Notes: generated from the letters alone by a model not told the origin. Numbered from the stretch's first letter, positions 36,791 to 47,792 are shown. The stretch: DNA of 64,000 bases from Candidatus Gottesmanbacteria bacterium (GCA_963790805.1 CAWBPL010000002.1:825814-889813), one strand, 5' to 3'. A program made the numbers and translations.

Positions 36791-38130
36791 TATACAAAAC
36801 GTTGAGCTTTTTGCCTACCAAGAAGGGAAAGGTCGTTCATCCAAAGAGATAGCGCGGCGCGGATAAGATAATAGAAATGTATATAAAGAAACGCCGTCAT
36901 AATTCTGTCTTTGGGTATCCATAACCCTTTCAGAAGAAGAAATATGATAGAGAGATAGAGAAGCCGTTTCGTTTTGCTGTCGTTTGAAAGATCGAGGTAG
37001 AAAAAAATTAAAGGGATGCTATAGAGAATTCTGTAATCATACGACCACGCTGTAACCGTAAGCATAATGAAATAACACATGGTAAAAAGTAAGAGCCAGA
37101 ACGAAAAGGGTGCTGTGCGTTTGCGGATCATTGCAACAAGCGGTTTATACTTCTTTATTACCCACGAAACCGCATGTTGGTCAAACCATGGTTTGACGAA
37201 TACGGCAAGAGTCAAGAATAAACTTAATATATTGGTCAGCACCTGATGGGCAACAAGCGGAATTTTATGCGTATCAAATGCCTGAAGAACGTTGGATACG
37301 TAGGGTATGATGGCGTTGTTGCCGTAATTGACTTGGAGGTATGTCCAGTGACCTATTGCGTCGTTGGTACCAAGTCCTAACAAAAATACGTCGAGTAACC
37401 CTGCGCGTACACCAAAAAGCTGTGGCCACAGCGCAGCGGCCGCGAAGCTTATCAAAAACGACAGGATGAGTAATCCATTCAATCCCGTGGCTGCGATTGT
37501 TACGACAACAATAAGAAGTAAAAATGCTTTCATATTAAGATAGAGGCCCAAAAACACTCCAAAACCCGCAAGCAGTACGGGAGATTTCTTTTTTTTGCGA
37601 AGAATACAAAGAATCACGCCAAAGAAAAGTGAAAGAAAGAGATCTGGATTGCCGGAAGATAAGGCTTTGTTCATCGAGACGCCTAAGAGAAATGTGATAA
37701 AGACAAGAAACGCGAGCAATCGTTTTTTTGAATCATGAATTACCCCAAGAAGAAGCAGCAAAAATCCGAGACAGCTGCCGACTATTTCCAGCTGGTAGAG
37801 AAGGACGCTACAGGAAGTTGAATTATCCGGAAGACAGAAATGGAACAAATTGAATAACTGAATAATGATACCCGCTATAGCGACGGAACCATATCCATAG
37901 GTCGCGGGCGTTTTACCCTGTTCAATGGTATACCATGCATCCGTGACATAGGATCGTAAATCCCACCCGAGTGTTGTCCCAGTAAAGTTAGTTTCCGGAG
38001 CACGAAGCTGGCCGTTTGCGGATAAATAGGTAGCTGCCACCCGCGTGCCCACCATAACAAACAACGCCATACAAAAAATTTCGAGGGTCCGACCCGTTAT
38101 ACAACGGTTCGCTTTATGTAACCACTTCAT
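36790..38130 (-). CDS. Hypothetical polytopic membrane protein, possibly GT-C-like.
   Basis: More than 10 hydrophobic helices. Its start overlaps the def stop. Confidence 0.5.
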   Translation of the reverse strand: MKWLHKANRCITGRTLEIFCMALFVMVGTRVAATYLSANGQLRAPETNFTGTTLGWDLRSYVTDAWYTIEQGKTPATYGYGSVAIAGIIIQLFNLFHFCLPDNSTSCSVLLYQLEIVGSCLGFLLLLLGVIHDSKKRLLAFLVFITFLLGVSMNKALSSGNPDLFLSLFFGVILCILRKKKKSPVLLAGFGVFLGLYLNMKAFLLLIVVVTIAATGLNGLLILSFLISFAAAALWPQLFGVRAGLLDVFLLGLGTNDAIGHWTYLQVNYGNNAIIPYVSNVLQAFDTHKIPLVAHQVLTNILSLFLTLAVFVKPWFDQHAVSWVIKKYKPLVAMIRKRTAPFSFWLLLFTMCYFIMLTVTAWSYDYRILYSIPLIFFYLDLSNDSKTKRLLYLSIIFLLLKGLWIPKDRIMTAFLYIHFYYLIRAALSLWMNDLSLLGRQKAQRFV

Positions 38131-38151
38131 ACGGGCGCGCTTTGAGGCAGG

Positions 38152-40389
38152 TTATTTTGTTTTTCCAAGAAGCTGTAGGAATTGCGTATCGCCGGGATTA
38201 ATATGTTGTAAATAATCCTGCAGTATCGCTTTTCCTTCGTCCGGCTTTTTCATCTCAAGATCAAAGACATAGAGCGCATAATACGCATCCCGATAATCGC
38301 GTTTTTCGTCGACCGCTTTTTTCAGGAGTTCAACCGCTTTATCGTTTTCCGATTGCCGGCCATAGAGTATCGCCAAATTGTAATAAATTTTCGGATCATT
38401 CGGCGAAAGGACAAGTGCTTGTTCCAGAGCCTTAATTGCCTCGCTATTGAGCTTCGGATCATATGCCGAAAGGGTATAAAATAATTTGGTCCGTGTTTTC
38501 CAGAAATTTACATTTTCCGGCGACATTTGGATCGACTGGTCGCTTTGGGCAATTGCGCGATTGGCAAGTTGTCCGCCGATAGTGGCATCCTGCTGTTCAA
38601 ACGAAGCCATGGCAAGCGCTGTTAATGTCGATGTCATTTCATCATGATAAATGGATTCTTGGGGGTTTAGGAATGTTGCTTTTTCGATAAATAGTTCCGC
38701 CTGCGTATATTGACCAACGCGCGCGAGTTGATACGATTTTGCGTAGAGCGTATCGGCGTACCAGAGGGTAGCGATAAGCGCGATAACCACCGCGCCGACT
38801 GTCGCAAATCCGACAGTCAGGACAATATCGGGAATGTCTTGTTTCAGATTTTTCCGATAGAAACCGGCCGTCGCATTGGCGGATATGGCGAAGGAGAACG
38901 CGGGAAACAGAAATAAAAACAGCTGAATGATGACAACAGAAAATCCGAAGAAATTGGTAATAAGAATGGATATCCATCCGGCAAAAAGTGCGATATTCAC
39001 GTTTGAGTCATCACCGGTGAGTCGCAAGCGCTGATCGCCTGAGATTTCTGTCCACTTGGAGTGCGTTTTTTTGCCAAACCAGAAGATAAATGTTCCCAAA
39101 ACGAGAAGGTAACTTACCAACCCGAACGTTCCCGTGGTGGCAAGGTAATTGAGGTACTCATTGTGCGCTTTGTTATAGAGAAAATCCCATTCGCTGGTCA
39201 TGTTGTGGCCGGCAGGGCGGAAGCGATAAAACGCAAAGGTGAATGTTTCCGTTCCGGTGCCGATAAGCCACGTTTTCGTTGTGCTTTCCCATGCATATAC
39301 CGCTGCCTCCCAGACATATTTTCGGATGGTTCCTGATTCAGTGCCGCCTGATTCCAGCGCGGGGGCCACATAGCCGCCTTGGGTTGGGGCTTGAGGTTGA
39401 ACGGTTTGATGATGCGAAAGTTCGTCTCTGATTGTAGAAAACGAAACGTATTTATCAAGTTCCGCGATATTGGATCCGTTTATGAATATGATAAGAGCAA
39501 ATGCCGCGTGGAGAATCACAAAGGTCGGCAACAGCTCTGTTTTATCGCGGGTTTTGAAATACAAAAGCACCCAAAGGGCGGCATCAGCTACAGCAAGCCC
39601 CAGTAACCCTGACCGCGATCGTGTAAAAAGAAGGACGAGGAAAAAGAGAATTGTCGTGACGGCCCAGAACACGTGTTTTAACAGCGTCGGGGTAGCCGTA
39701 AGCTTGTGATCTTTGGTGAGCGGGGGATACTTGAGCGCAAAGACGATTGAGATTGGAATAAGAGCGACGAGGTACGCGGCGAGCCAATTGGGTTGTCCGA
39801 GCGTTGAAAATACGCGCGTTTGTACGTCCTGCACCCAAAGATGTTTGTCGATTCCCAATCGTTCAGCGACGCCGTAGAGGGCAACGACAACAGCGGTGAA
39901 TAACGATACGCGAAGAAACGGAAAAATATCGCCTTTGGTGATTATCTGAGTAATCGTTGGTTTTGCTTTTTTGGACACCTTTAAATCGGTTTCATTCTGT
40001 GTGGCAGAAGCGGGGGAGACCATGGTACTCACGAACGCGTAGTAGAGAATGACGTAGGAAAAAATCGACCACAAGCCGCCGTTAAAACGGGAATAATATC
40101 CGAACCATGAAACGTGCGGGTCGATGGAAAAAACAGTACTTACCACTTGTGATGTAACGAACAGGCCGATGGGAATATCAAGCGGCGTTTTTGTAATCCG
40201 GATTTCCCGCTCTGCAATCATTTTTATGATCCACAAAACGACTATGGCAGTCGTTATTATGTAGGTAACGATCATTTTATTGAATTCGAAAAGTTCGTAA
40301 TTAAATGGAGTAAGGATGACGGGTACAAGTGCAAAAAGGAGGTAGAATAACCAGCGCATAACGCGCGTATACCACGAAGTTTCGTTCAT
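38152..40389 (-). CDS. O-antigen ligase-like (Wzy_C) membrane protein with a C-terminal TPR-repeat domain.
   Basis: YNKAHNEYLNYLATTGTFGLVSY is the Wzy_C HN...G motif. C-terminal TPR-like repeats are present (YYNLAILYGRQSENDKAVELLKKA...). Confidence 0.6.
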   Translation of the reverse strand: MNETSWYTRVMRWLFYLLFALVPVILTPFNYELFEFNKMIVTYIITTAIVVLWIIKMIAEREIRITKTPLDIPIGLFVTSQVVSTVFSIDPHVSWFGYYSRFNGGLWSIFSYVILYYAFVSTMVSPASATQNETDLKVSKKAKPTITQIITKGDIFPFLRVSLFTAVVVALYGVAERLGIDKHLWVQDVQTRVFSTLGQPNWLAAYLVALIPISIVFALKYPPLTKDHKLTATPTLLKHVFWAVTTILFFLVLLFTRSRSGLLGLAVADAALWVLLYFKTRDKTELLPTFVILHAAFALIIFINGSNIAELDKYVSFSTIRDELSHHQTVQPQAPTQGGYVAPALESGGTESGTIRKYVWEAAVYAWESTTKTWLIGTGTETFTFAFYRFRPAGHNMTSEWDFLYNKAHNEYLNYLATTGTFGLVSYLLVLGTFIFWFGKKTHSKWTEISGDQRLRLTGDDSNVNIALFAGWISILITNFFGFSVVIIQLFLFLFPAFSFAISANATAGFYRKNLKQDIPDIVLTVGFATVGAVVIALIATLWYADTLYAKSYQLARVGQYTQAELFIEKATFLNPQESIYHDEMTSTLTALAMASFEQQDATIGGQLANRAIAQSDQSIQMSPENVNFWKTRTKLFYTLSAYDPKLNSEAIKALEQALVLSPNDPKIYYNLAILYGRQSENDKAVELLKKAVDEKRDYRDAYYALYVFDLEMKKPDEGKAILQDYLQHINPGDTQFLQLLGKTK

Positions 40390-40416
40390 GGGGATAAGTA
40401 TATCATACGGAAAAAA

Positions 40417-42156
40417 TTAATACCCTCGAGTGAGCAAATTGCTTATTTTTTTGTGGATCTCATCTATTTGATACCTAATGAAGCCACTTTGTTCTATTGT
40501 GAGGTCCGGATTACTATCAAGCTGGTTCAGTAACCCTTTCTGTACGCCTAAATATTCGCGTAATTCCGTTGATTGTGTGTCGGAGAGCGCGTTGATTTGT
40601 TCAGCGTGTTCGAAGTTGTGTGTATCCCCATCGGGTTTTTGGGTTGGGCTTTGTTTGGGCGCTACGGGCATGCTGCTCGTTTCATTCGGATCGTGAGGTT
40701 GACCGAGGTGGCGATGTGAATGTAAACGTCGAGCTTCTTCAGCATTATTTTTTTCTTGAAGATCATGGACTCCTTTCATGAGAAATCCGGTCGCGGTAAG
40801 TGCTCCGGTCGCAATGGCTGCCGGAATTGTCCACGGCGGGAGGGTAATCGGCGCCGGAACGGACGGTTTGTTCGCGCTCATCAGTTCCTGTGTCGTACGT
40901 GTTGGAGTATCGGCAACAATAGGCGTTGATGTTGCTGTATCGGTTGGTGTATCGGTTGGCGTGTAAGTCGGCGTGTCTGTATCAGTGGGTGTGAAGGTCG
41001 GCGTCGGTGTACTCGTCGGGTATGAGGCATAAAGTTTTTGTACTAGGCTATTGGATGTCGGTGTCAACGTATCCTCTGCGGTAGCACCCGGTGTTCCTTG
41101 CGCCTTTATGCTATTGGCCGACTGCGTTTCAGTCGCAACGGTATCTGAACCGATTCTATTTACTGCCAGATCCATAACATCAACCCATGTTTTTGTAAAA
41201 AGACGCGCAACATCATTCTCACTGTCAACTATGAGCGCGAGCACGCGTCCATCCGGAAGTTGATTAAGCGCTGCGATTTGTGGCTTTGTGCCCATCGGGA
41301 GACGAAACTTCTGTTCGTTTCCGTCCGCGTCGTAGGTGGCGACAGAAAGTTTTGATTGGGAAATCCCTTTATTTTGTGCAATTTGATTGATATCCCACAG
41401 TGCAGTATCTACGGAATCTCCGCTTTTAAGTGCGCTGTCTACGTCGGCAAAATATTCGTGCGGGATGAGGGTCACCTCAAGTACGGAGTCGGGATTTGTT
41501 AAAAATCCCTCGTGAGCAACATTCCAACCTACACTGGTCACAACATCCGCCACGTGTCGGGTTGTCGTCTGATCTTTGCAAAGCGGGGAGGCAATAAAAT
41601 TGGAATACCAATCTTCACTGCCGTCGACGGAAATAGCCAGCACAGTATGGTGTTCCGGTCCGTTAACAAGTAAACCGTTCAGTACGGGCGGCGCATTGGT
41701 TTCTACAAGGAGGAGTGTCGGGCCCATGCCTTTTCGACTGAAGCGTACGGAGTAACCAAGCATTGGTTGGGTAAGGATTGATTTCACCCGCGCCTTGTCT
41801 GGATTATTGTATTTAAAAAAGTGCCACCATTGTTCAGAGGTATAATCAGGAGTGATGCCCACCGTATTGAGCATACCTTCTATGTGAGACGTTACAGGGT
41901 CCTCGCTCATAAACGCTTGGTTCATGATGGTCCATCCTGTGGCGCTATTGGCAAGGTAGAGCGTCGCTTCGCGAATGTTCAATGAGCCGGGTTCCACCCC
42001 GATGCCGCATCCAACATCGGTGAGTTGAGGAGACAGATTGAAAGGGTGTTCCTCTTGCGTTGGTTTAAGGGCGCATGAAGCTGTTGTCAGGACTAATGTG
42101 CCAAAGATAAACAACCTTTCTACATTATTTGCAGGCATAATCCTGCAATTATACAC
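40417..42156 (-). CDS. Secreted or lipoprotein-like hypothetical protein with a PT/TD-rich linker and a C-terminal TM segment.
   Basis: Lipobox-like LVLTTASCA. Linker TPTPTFTPTDTDTPTYTPTDTPTDT. A hydrophobic segment lies near the C-terminus. Confidence 0.5.
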   Translation of the reverse strand: MYNCRIMPANNVERLFIFGTLVLTTASCALKPTQEEHPFNLSPQLTDVGCGIGVEPGSLNIREATLYLANSATGWTIMNQAFMSEDPVTSHIEGMLNTVGITPDYTSEQWWHFFKYNNPDKARVKSILTQPMLGYSVRFSRKGMGPTLLLVETNAPPVLNGLLVNGPEHHTVLAISVDGSEDWYSNFIASPLCKDQTTTRHVADVVTSVGWNVAHEGFLTNPDSVLEVTLIPHEYFADVDSALKSGDSVDTALWDINQIAQNKGISQSKLSVATYDADGNEQKFRLPMGTKPQIAALNQLPDGRVLALIVDSENDVARLFTKTWVDVMDLAVNRIGSDTVATETQSANSIKAQGTPGATAEDTLTPTSNSLVQKLYASYPTSTPTPTFTPTDTDTPTYTPTDTPTDTATSTPIVADTPTRTTQELMSANKPSVPAPITLPPWTIPAAIATGALTATGFLMKGVHDLQEKNNAEEARRLHSHRHLGQPHDPNETSSMPVAPKQSPTQKPDGDTHNFEHAEQINALSDTQSTELREYLGVQKGLLNQLDSNPDLTIEQSGFIRYQIDEIHKKISNLLTRGY

Positions 42157-42247
42157 TTTTTGACGGGAGAAGACAATTGCTATAGGATATAACGGAGGCG
42201 TTCAGTATCATCCTATGGTATCGCGCTTGTGATAGAATGAACCCACG

Positions 42248-43303
42248 ATGCTGGACTTTCTGTTCGGGTTGCTTTCCCATGATTTAGGCATTGATTTGGG
42301 TACTGCCAATACGCTCGTTTATGTGCGCGGTAAGGGAATTGTGATTCGTGAACCATCGGTTGTAGCCCAACACAAAAAAACGAAACAAATCGTTGCAATC
42401 GGGCGCGAAGCCAAACGCATGATGGGAAAAACTCCTACGACCATTGAAGCGTTCCGTCCGCTCAAGGACGGCGTGATAGCGGATTTTGATGCGACGGCTG
42501 CCATGCTTCGTTATTACGTACAGCTTGTTCATCAGCAGCCCACGAGATCATTCATTCCCAAAATTCCCCGGCCGAAAGTTGTTGTGGGCATACCGTCGGG
42601 AGTTACAGAAGTGGAACGAAGAGCAGTGCAGGAAGTTGTGATTATGGCAGGCGCCCGCGAAGCGTATCTTATCGAAGAGCCGATGGCGGCGGCAATCGGT
42701 GCCAATCTTCCGATTCAGGAATCAAGCGGGAGTTTTATTTGTGATATCGGCGGGGGGACAAGCGAAATCGCGGTGCTTTCGCTGGGAGGAATTGTCGTCA
42801 ACAGAAGTATCCGCATAGCCGGTGATGAAATGGATGAAGCAATTACCAGTTTTATCCGGCTTAAATATTCGCTTCTTATCGGTGAACAGACTGCTGAAGA
42901 TGTCAAAATTGCCATCGGGAGCGCGTATCCTGTGGAAAAATCAGAACGCCAGACGGTGATCCGTGGGCGCGATATAGAAACCGGATTGCCGAAGTCGCTG
43001 CGCATCGGAGAAACCGAGATCCGTGAGGCGCTTTCCCCCGTCATTCATGAAATTATTGAAGGAATATCCGAAACTATAGAGGAAACGCCGCCGGAACTTC
43101 TTGGCGCGATCATGGAACAGGGTATTGTTTTAGCTGGTGGTGGAGCGCTTCTTCGGGGCATGGACAAATTGATTGCAACTGAGGTAAAAATGCCGGTTTG
43201 GGTAACCGATGATCCGCAGACGGCAGTTGTTCGTGGTTGCGGTAAATTGTTAGATGATGCAGCGCTTCTTCACAAAGTAAAAGTGGCGGCAGGAAAATTG
43301 TAA
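42248..43303 (+). CDS. mreB: Rod-shape-determining actin homolog MreB.
   Basis: LGIDLGTANTLVYVRGKGIV matches the actin-fold phosphate-1 motif and the overall sequence is MreB-like. Confidence 0.9.
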   Translation: MLDFLFGLLSHDLGIDLGTANTLVYVRGKGIVIREPSVVAQHKKTKQIVAIGREAKRMMGKTPTTIEAFRPLKDGVIADFDATAAMLRYYVQLVHQQPTRSFIPKIPRPKVVVGIPSGVTEVERRAVQEVVIMAGAREAYLIEEPMAAAIGANLPIQESSGSFICDIGGGTSEIAVLSLGGIVVNRSIRIAGDEMDEAITSFIRLKYSLLIGEQTAEDVKIAIGSAYPVEKSERQTVIRGRDIETGLPKSLRIGETEIREALSPVIHEIIEGISETIEETPPELLGAIMEQGIVLAGGGALLRGMDKLIATEVKMPVWVTDDPQTAVVRGCGKLLDDAALLHKVKVAAGKL

Positions 43304-43373
43304 ACAGTTCATGGTTATTAGTTCATGGTCCATTGAAAATTAAGAAGAATGTACATGCGATGAACTGTGAACT

Positions 43374-43958
43374 ATGAACTATCAACAGCATTTCGCAACG
43401 ATCATCTCGCGGATATTTGATCCGTTCCTTGTGATGTTGGTGGTGACGCTTATTGCTATCCGGTTCAGCACGCTCACACCGACCGCGCAAATTATTTTTT
43501 TTCTCGCTGTAATGGTTCTCATGATCGGTTTGCCGGCAGGGCTTGTGGTTTTCTTCATTAAGAAAAAGTGGATTACAGATTGGGATATGAGTGAGAGAAG
43601 TGAACGTCCGCGTGCGCTTCTTGCATTATTTACAATAGAAACCGTAAGCATGTTTGTGCTTGGGCGTGCTGCGGATTCTTCATTATTTTTTTACTTTCTC
43701 TTATTTATCTCATGGATGGTCGGATTTATAGTGATCACATATTTTTGGAAAATATCAGGACATAGCGGTATCAGCGCACTTGCAACTGGGTATGTAGTTA
43801 TGAAGTTTGGGATGGCATGGTGGCCGCTTTTATTCATTGTTGCGCTGGTCTCGTGGTCGAGAGTCGTGCGGAAAAATCACACGGTAGCGCAGGTGATTGC
43901 AGGAGCTCTCTATTCGTGGAGTCTGATCATCGCGTTTGGTACTTTTTTAAAACTATGA
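43374..43958 (+). CDS. PAP2-like membrane protein, occupying the position where mreCD is usually found.
   Basis: SGHSG and SRVVRKNHT match PAP2 motifs 2 and 3, with the final Asp replaced by Gln. Confidence 0.45.
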   Translation: MNYQQHFATIISRIFDPFLVMLVVTLIAIRFSTLTPTAQIIFFLAVMVLMIGLPAGLVVFFIKKKWITDWDMSERSERPRALLALFTIETVSMFVLGRAADSSLFFYFLLFISWMVGFIVITYFWKISGHSGISALATGYVVMKFGMAWWPLLFIVALVSWSRVVRKNHTVAQVIAGALYSWSLIIAFGTFLKL

Positions 43959-45826
43959 AACTCGGTAAAGCATTTTCTGATAATCTTGTTGAAGAAAAAC
44001 GTAAAACGGTCTTGCGATCGGAGCGTAGTGAAGGTGAATCGTGGTGGTTAGGCGTGGGCCGGCTTCTCATGTTTTTTACCCTCCTTTGTCTTGCTTTTTT
44101 TGTATTGCTCTGGCGGTTGTTTGATTTGACGCTTATACAAGGACATCACTTCAGAGAACTTGCAGATAACAATCGTACACGCGATCTAGTGCGTCATGCA
44201 CCGAGGGGAATTTTGTTGGACAGAACCGGTAAGCCGCTCGTTACCAATGTGCCGTATTATCGGCTTTTAAAACCCTGCAGCGGTGGATCGGGCACAGATT
44301 GCGTGACGCCTATTTCCGAGCAGGCCGGAGATGCGCTTTCCCGACAGGGGTTGCCCGCTGGAACGTTTTTAGAGGTAGATTACCAACGCAACTATTTGTA
44401 TCCTGAGATATTAAGCCACGTGCTGGGTTATACGGGAGAATTAAGTCCCAGTGAGCTGCAGGATAACTACTACAAAATGCGTAATTACGGCAGCGGTGAC
44501 CGTATCGGACGGACTGGAGCGGAAGCAGTGTTTGAAGATAGGTTGCGCGGCAGGGACGGTAAGGATCTGGTTGAAGTGAATGCACAGGGAAACATTCTTC
44601 GAACGCTCGGGCGCGACGAAGAATTAGCAGGCGAAGATGTGACGCTTTCTATCGATGTGGCTTTGCAGCAGGTGGCCGCTGATGCATTTCCGAAAGGTGA
44701 AAAGGGAGCTGTTATTGTAACCAAACCTTCAACCGGTGAGGTGCTCGCTCTGTATTCAAGTCCTACATACAATATCAATGAATTCATGAGCGGTATGAGT
44801 GAAAGTGATTACGAAGCGCTTGTGAATGATCCAAATCTTCCGATGTTTGACAGAGCAATCGGCGGAGAATATCCGCCGGGATCTACGTTTAAACTCGTTC
44901 TTTCGGTGGCAGCCCTCGAATCTGGCGCGGTAACCAAAGATACAACGGTTGACGATACGGGTGTTATCACGATCGGCCCGTTTACCTTTTCAAACTGGTA
45001 TTTTACGCAGTACGGTAAAACAGACGGGATTGTCAATATTGTGAAAGCGCTGCAGCGAAGTAATGACATATTTTTCTATAAAGTCGGGGAGATGCTGGGA
45101 ATTACGAAACTGGATGTATGGGCGAAAAAAATGGGACTTGGAAAACCGTTAGGGATTGAATTGCCGGGCGAAGCAAGCGGTCTCATGCCGGATCCTGCAT
45201 GGAAAAAAGCGCAGTTCACGAGCGCTGAGGATAAGGCTGCTCACAATGACGAATGGTATTTGGGCGACACGTATCATGTAGCAATCGGGCAGGGATATTT
45301 GCTTGTGACGCCGCTTCAGGTGAACGCATGGACAAACCTTATTGCGAACAACGGAATTTTATGCAAGCCCACCATTCAAAAAGCATTCAGCGGATTTTTA
45401 TTCGGGAACAACACGTCATGCCGCGACGTCAACATTAAAAAGGATACCATTAACCTCATTACAGAGGGCATGTATGAAGCATGCCAAACTGGAGGAACGG
45501 GTTGGCCGCTTTTTAACTTTCAGGTATCAAAACCCGGATTATCCGACGGGGGCAATGCATCTTCTTCGGCGTCTATGGTGCGGGTACCGGTGGCGTGTAA
45601 AACAGGAACCGCAGAGTTTGGCGATCCCGATAACCGAACACACGCGTGGTTTACGGCGTTTGCGCCGGTGCCTGCCCAATATGCGACGGAGGAAGCGCCC
45701 AATACGCCCGTCATTACCGGCGACCCTGAAATTTCGGTTACCGTACTGGTTGAGGGGGCTGGAGAAGGAAGTAACGTTGCAGCTCCTATTGCAAAAAAAA
45801 TATTTGAAGCGTGGTTTACACGGTAA
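43955..45826 (+). CDS. mrdA: Penicillin-binding protein 2-type peptidoglycan D,D-transpeptidase. The start was reassigned to the Met overlapping the upstream stop (ATGA).
   Basis: STFK, SND and KTGT are the three PBP active-site motifs. There is an N-terminal TM segment. Confidence 0.85.
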   Translation: MKLGKAFSDNLVEEKRKTVLRSERSEGESWWLGVGRLLMFFTLLCLAFFVLLWRLFDLTLIQGHHFRELADNNRTRDLVRHAPRGILLDRTGKPLVTNVPYYRLLKPCSGGSGTDCVTPISEQAGDALSRQGLPAGTFLEVDYQRNYLYPEILSHVLGYTGELSPSELQDNYYKMRNYGSGDRIGRTGAEAVFEDRLRGRDGKDLVEVNAQGNILRTLGRDEELAGEDVTLSIDVALQQVAADAFPKGEKGAVIVTKPSTGEVLALYSSPTYNINEFMSGMSESDYEALVNDPNLPMFDRAIGGEYPPGSTFKLVLSVAALESGAVTKDTTVDDTGVITIGPFTFSNWYFTQYGKTDGIVNIVKALQRSNDIFFYKVGEMLGITKLDVWAKKMGLGKPLGIELPGEASGLMPDPAWKKAQFTSAEDKAAHNDEWYLGDTYHVAIGQGYLLVTPLQVNAWTNLIANNGILCKPTIQKAFSGFLFGNNTSCRDVNIKKDTINLITEGMYEACQTGGTGWPLFNFQVSKPGLSDGGNASSSASMVRVPVACKTGTAEFGDPDNRTHAWFTAFAPVPAQYATEEAPNTPVITGDPEISVTVLVEGAGEGSNVAAPIAKKIFEAWFTR

Positions 45827-45830
45827 AATT

Positions 45831-46712
45831 CTATTGGCCATTCTCCGGCATGGTAAAGTCAAGAAGAAGCATCCGATGATCAGATCCGTACATATCTTTC
45901 GCAATTTCAGAATGGATAACGATTGCATTTTTGGGTGTAAGTATGTGGTCAAGTTGCAGGAGCGGCTTACGGAAAAACATCGTTGACTGTCCGTGAAAAA
46001 CATTCACAAGGTGCGCATCCTTGTACAGAGACTCAAAAGCCTGCCGCTCATTGATTTTGTAATCATGTGAATCAAATCCGCGTAGCCATCCCGTGATTCG
46101 ATTAAACCAGTTACTGTCGACGACATTAAAGTCCCCGCAAAATATCGTTGGAATTTCCTGATAATGGATATGTTGTTTCATCGTTTCAAATTCGAGTAAC
46201 CTGTCGCTCGTACCGACCGCACAGGAGAGTCGCGTGTTGACTATCTGGAGTTTTCCTTTTGGCGTGTTAATATCAATAATAAGGGCAGTATGACGTTCTA
46301 TTTTGTGAGTTATCATAAAATAAAGAACTCGGCTTAAGAGTGAAGAATATGTGTTTTTGTCATACACAACCTCAGACACGTCATAAGGTTTTACACGGGT
46401 AACCGTACAGATATACCCGTTTTTATTGGGATTTCGCAGGTGTGTAAAATCATAACTTGCATTTACATAATACCCCTGCAATTCGCGTAACCAAGCCAAC
46501 GTTTGTTGCGGAACTTCCTGAAGACAGAGAAGATCCGGTTTGTATTCTAAAGCGCTTTGAACCGCTTCTATTGTTCGCTTGTTATCGTATCGTACGTTCC
46601 ATGTAATAATCCGCATAGATAAATTATACCGTATTGCACATTTTGTGAAATTTTGCAATTCTTGTGCTACGCTAATTTGTAATGGATGACGAAACGAAAT
46701 GCTCGGTTGCAT
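45831..46712 (-). CDS. Endonuclease/exonuclease/phosphatase (EEP) family protein. The start is probably the internal Met near 46616.
   Basis: The motifs ITWNV, LQEV, GDFN and SDH are present. Confidence 0.65.
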   Translation of the reverse strand: MQPSISFRHPLQISVAQELQNFTKCAIRYNLSMRIITWNVRYDNKRTIEAVQSALEYKPDLLCLQEVPQQTLAWLRELQGYYVNASYDFTHLRNPNKNGYICTVTRVKPYDVSEVVYDKNTYSSLLSRVLYFMITHKIERHTALIIDINTPKGKLQIVNTRLSCAVGTSDRLLEFETMKQHIHYQEIPTIFCGDFNVVDSNWFNRITGWLRGFDSHDYKINERQAFESLYKDAHLVNVFHGQSTMFFRKPLLQLDHILTPKNAIVIHSEIAKDMYGSDHRMLLLDFTMPENGQ

Positions 46713-47782
46713 TTAGTATTTTTCCGGGAATCGGTCCTATCCGATATAAACACTTGGTCGGGTATTTTGGATCAGCGCGCGAGGCATGGAAAGCGCCGGT
46801 TGGAGAGTTGAAAAAGATACACCTCGGAGACAAATTGTCAGATGATTTTGATCATTTTCGAAAGACCTATGACCTTGATAAATATATCGGAATGCTTCAT
46901 GAGCAACGGGTTTCAGTCCTGACGATGACAAATCCCAAATATCCCGCTTTATTAAAACAAATCTCCGATGCGCCGTTTATCCTGTATGTGAAAGGAAAAA
47001 AGACGGATGAACCGATCGATCTTGCGCGGACAATTGCCGTCGTGGGTACGCGAAAAATCACAAATTACGGAAAAGAGGTTACTCAAAATATTGTTCAGGG
47101 GCTTGTGGCATACGGCTTTACGATCGTGTCGGGATTAGCTTACGGCGTCGATGCGGTGGCGCATCAGAGTGCTATAGATTCAGGAGGTAAAACGATTGCA
47201 GTATTGGGTTGCGGGATTGACATTATAGCCCCTCCCTGTAATGCTAGACTGTATAACGAAATCGCCGGAGGGTCCGGCGCCATTGTTTCGGAAATGCCAT
47301 TGGGTTTGAGGCCGAACAAAGGGTTATTTCCGGCGCGAAACCGCATAATAAGCGGATTGAGTTTAGGAGTAGTAGTCACTGAAGGAGCTGACGATAGCGG
47401 CGCTTTAATTACAGCCAGAAATGCGGCAGAACAGGGGCGGGAAGTATTTGCGGTGCCGGGCCCGATAACGAGTTTGTTAAGCCGCGGTCCATCTCGGCTT
47501 TTAAAAAGCGGAGCGACACTCGTTGAATCGGCAGAGGACGTACTTGAAGGTTTGGGGTTAGATAGAGGGTCATTGCGGCGAAAAGAAGCGAAAAAACAAT
47601 ATACGGGCGACACAAAAGAGGAGAAAAAATTATTGGAATTATTGGGAGATAGTCACATGCACATTGATGAACTGGTCAGGGGGAGCGGCTTGACAATACA
47701 GGCAGTTGGCGCTACCCTCACGGTTCTTGAAATGAAAGGAATAGTGAAAGATACTGGTGATAAAGTATATACATTAGTATAA
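46682..47782 (+). CDS. dprA: DNA-processing protein DprA (Smf).
   Basis: IAVVGTRKITNYG...GLAYGVDAVAHQSAI...VVTEGADDSGALITA is the Rossmann-like DprA core. Confidence 0.85.
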   Translation: MDDETKCSVAFSIFPGIGPIRYKHLVGYFGSAREAWKAPVGELKKIHLGDKLSDDFDHFRKTYDLDKYIGMLHEQRVSVLTMTNPKYPALLKQISDAPFILYVKGKKTDEPIDLARTIAVVGTRKITNYGKEVTQNIVQGLVAYGFTIVSGLAYGVDAVAHQSAIDSGGKTIAVLGCGIDIIAPPCNARLYNEIAGGSGAIVSEMPLGLRPNKGLFPARNRIISGLSLGVVVTEGADDSGALITARNAAEQGREVFAVPGPITSLLSRGPSRLLKSGATLVESAEDVLEGLGLDRGSLRRKEAKKQYTGDTKEEKKLLELLGDSHMHIDELVRGSGLTIQAVGATLTVLEMKGIVKDTGDKVYTLV

Positions 47783-47792
47783 GAGGTAGTTT

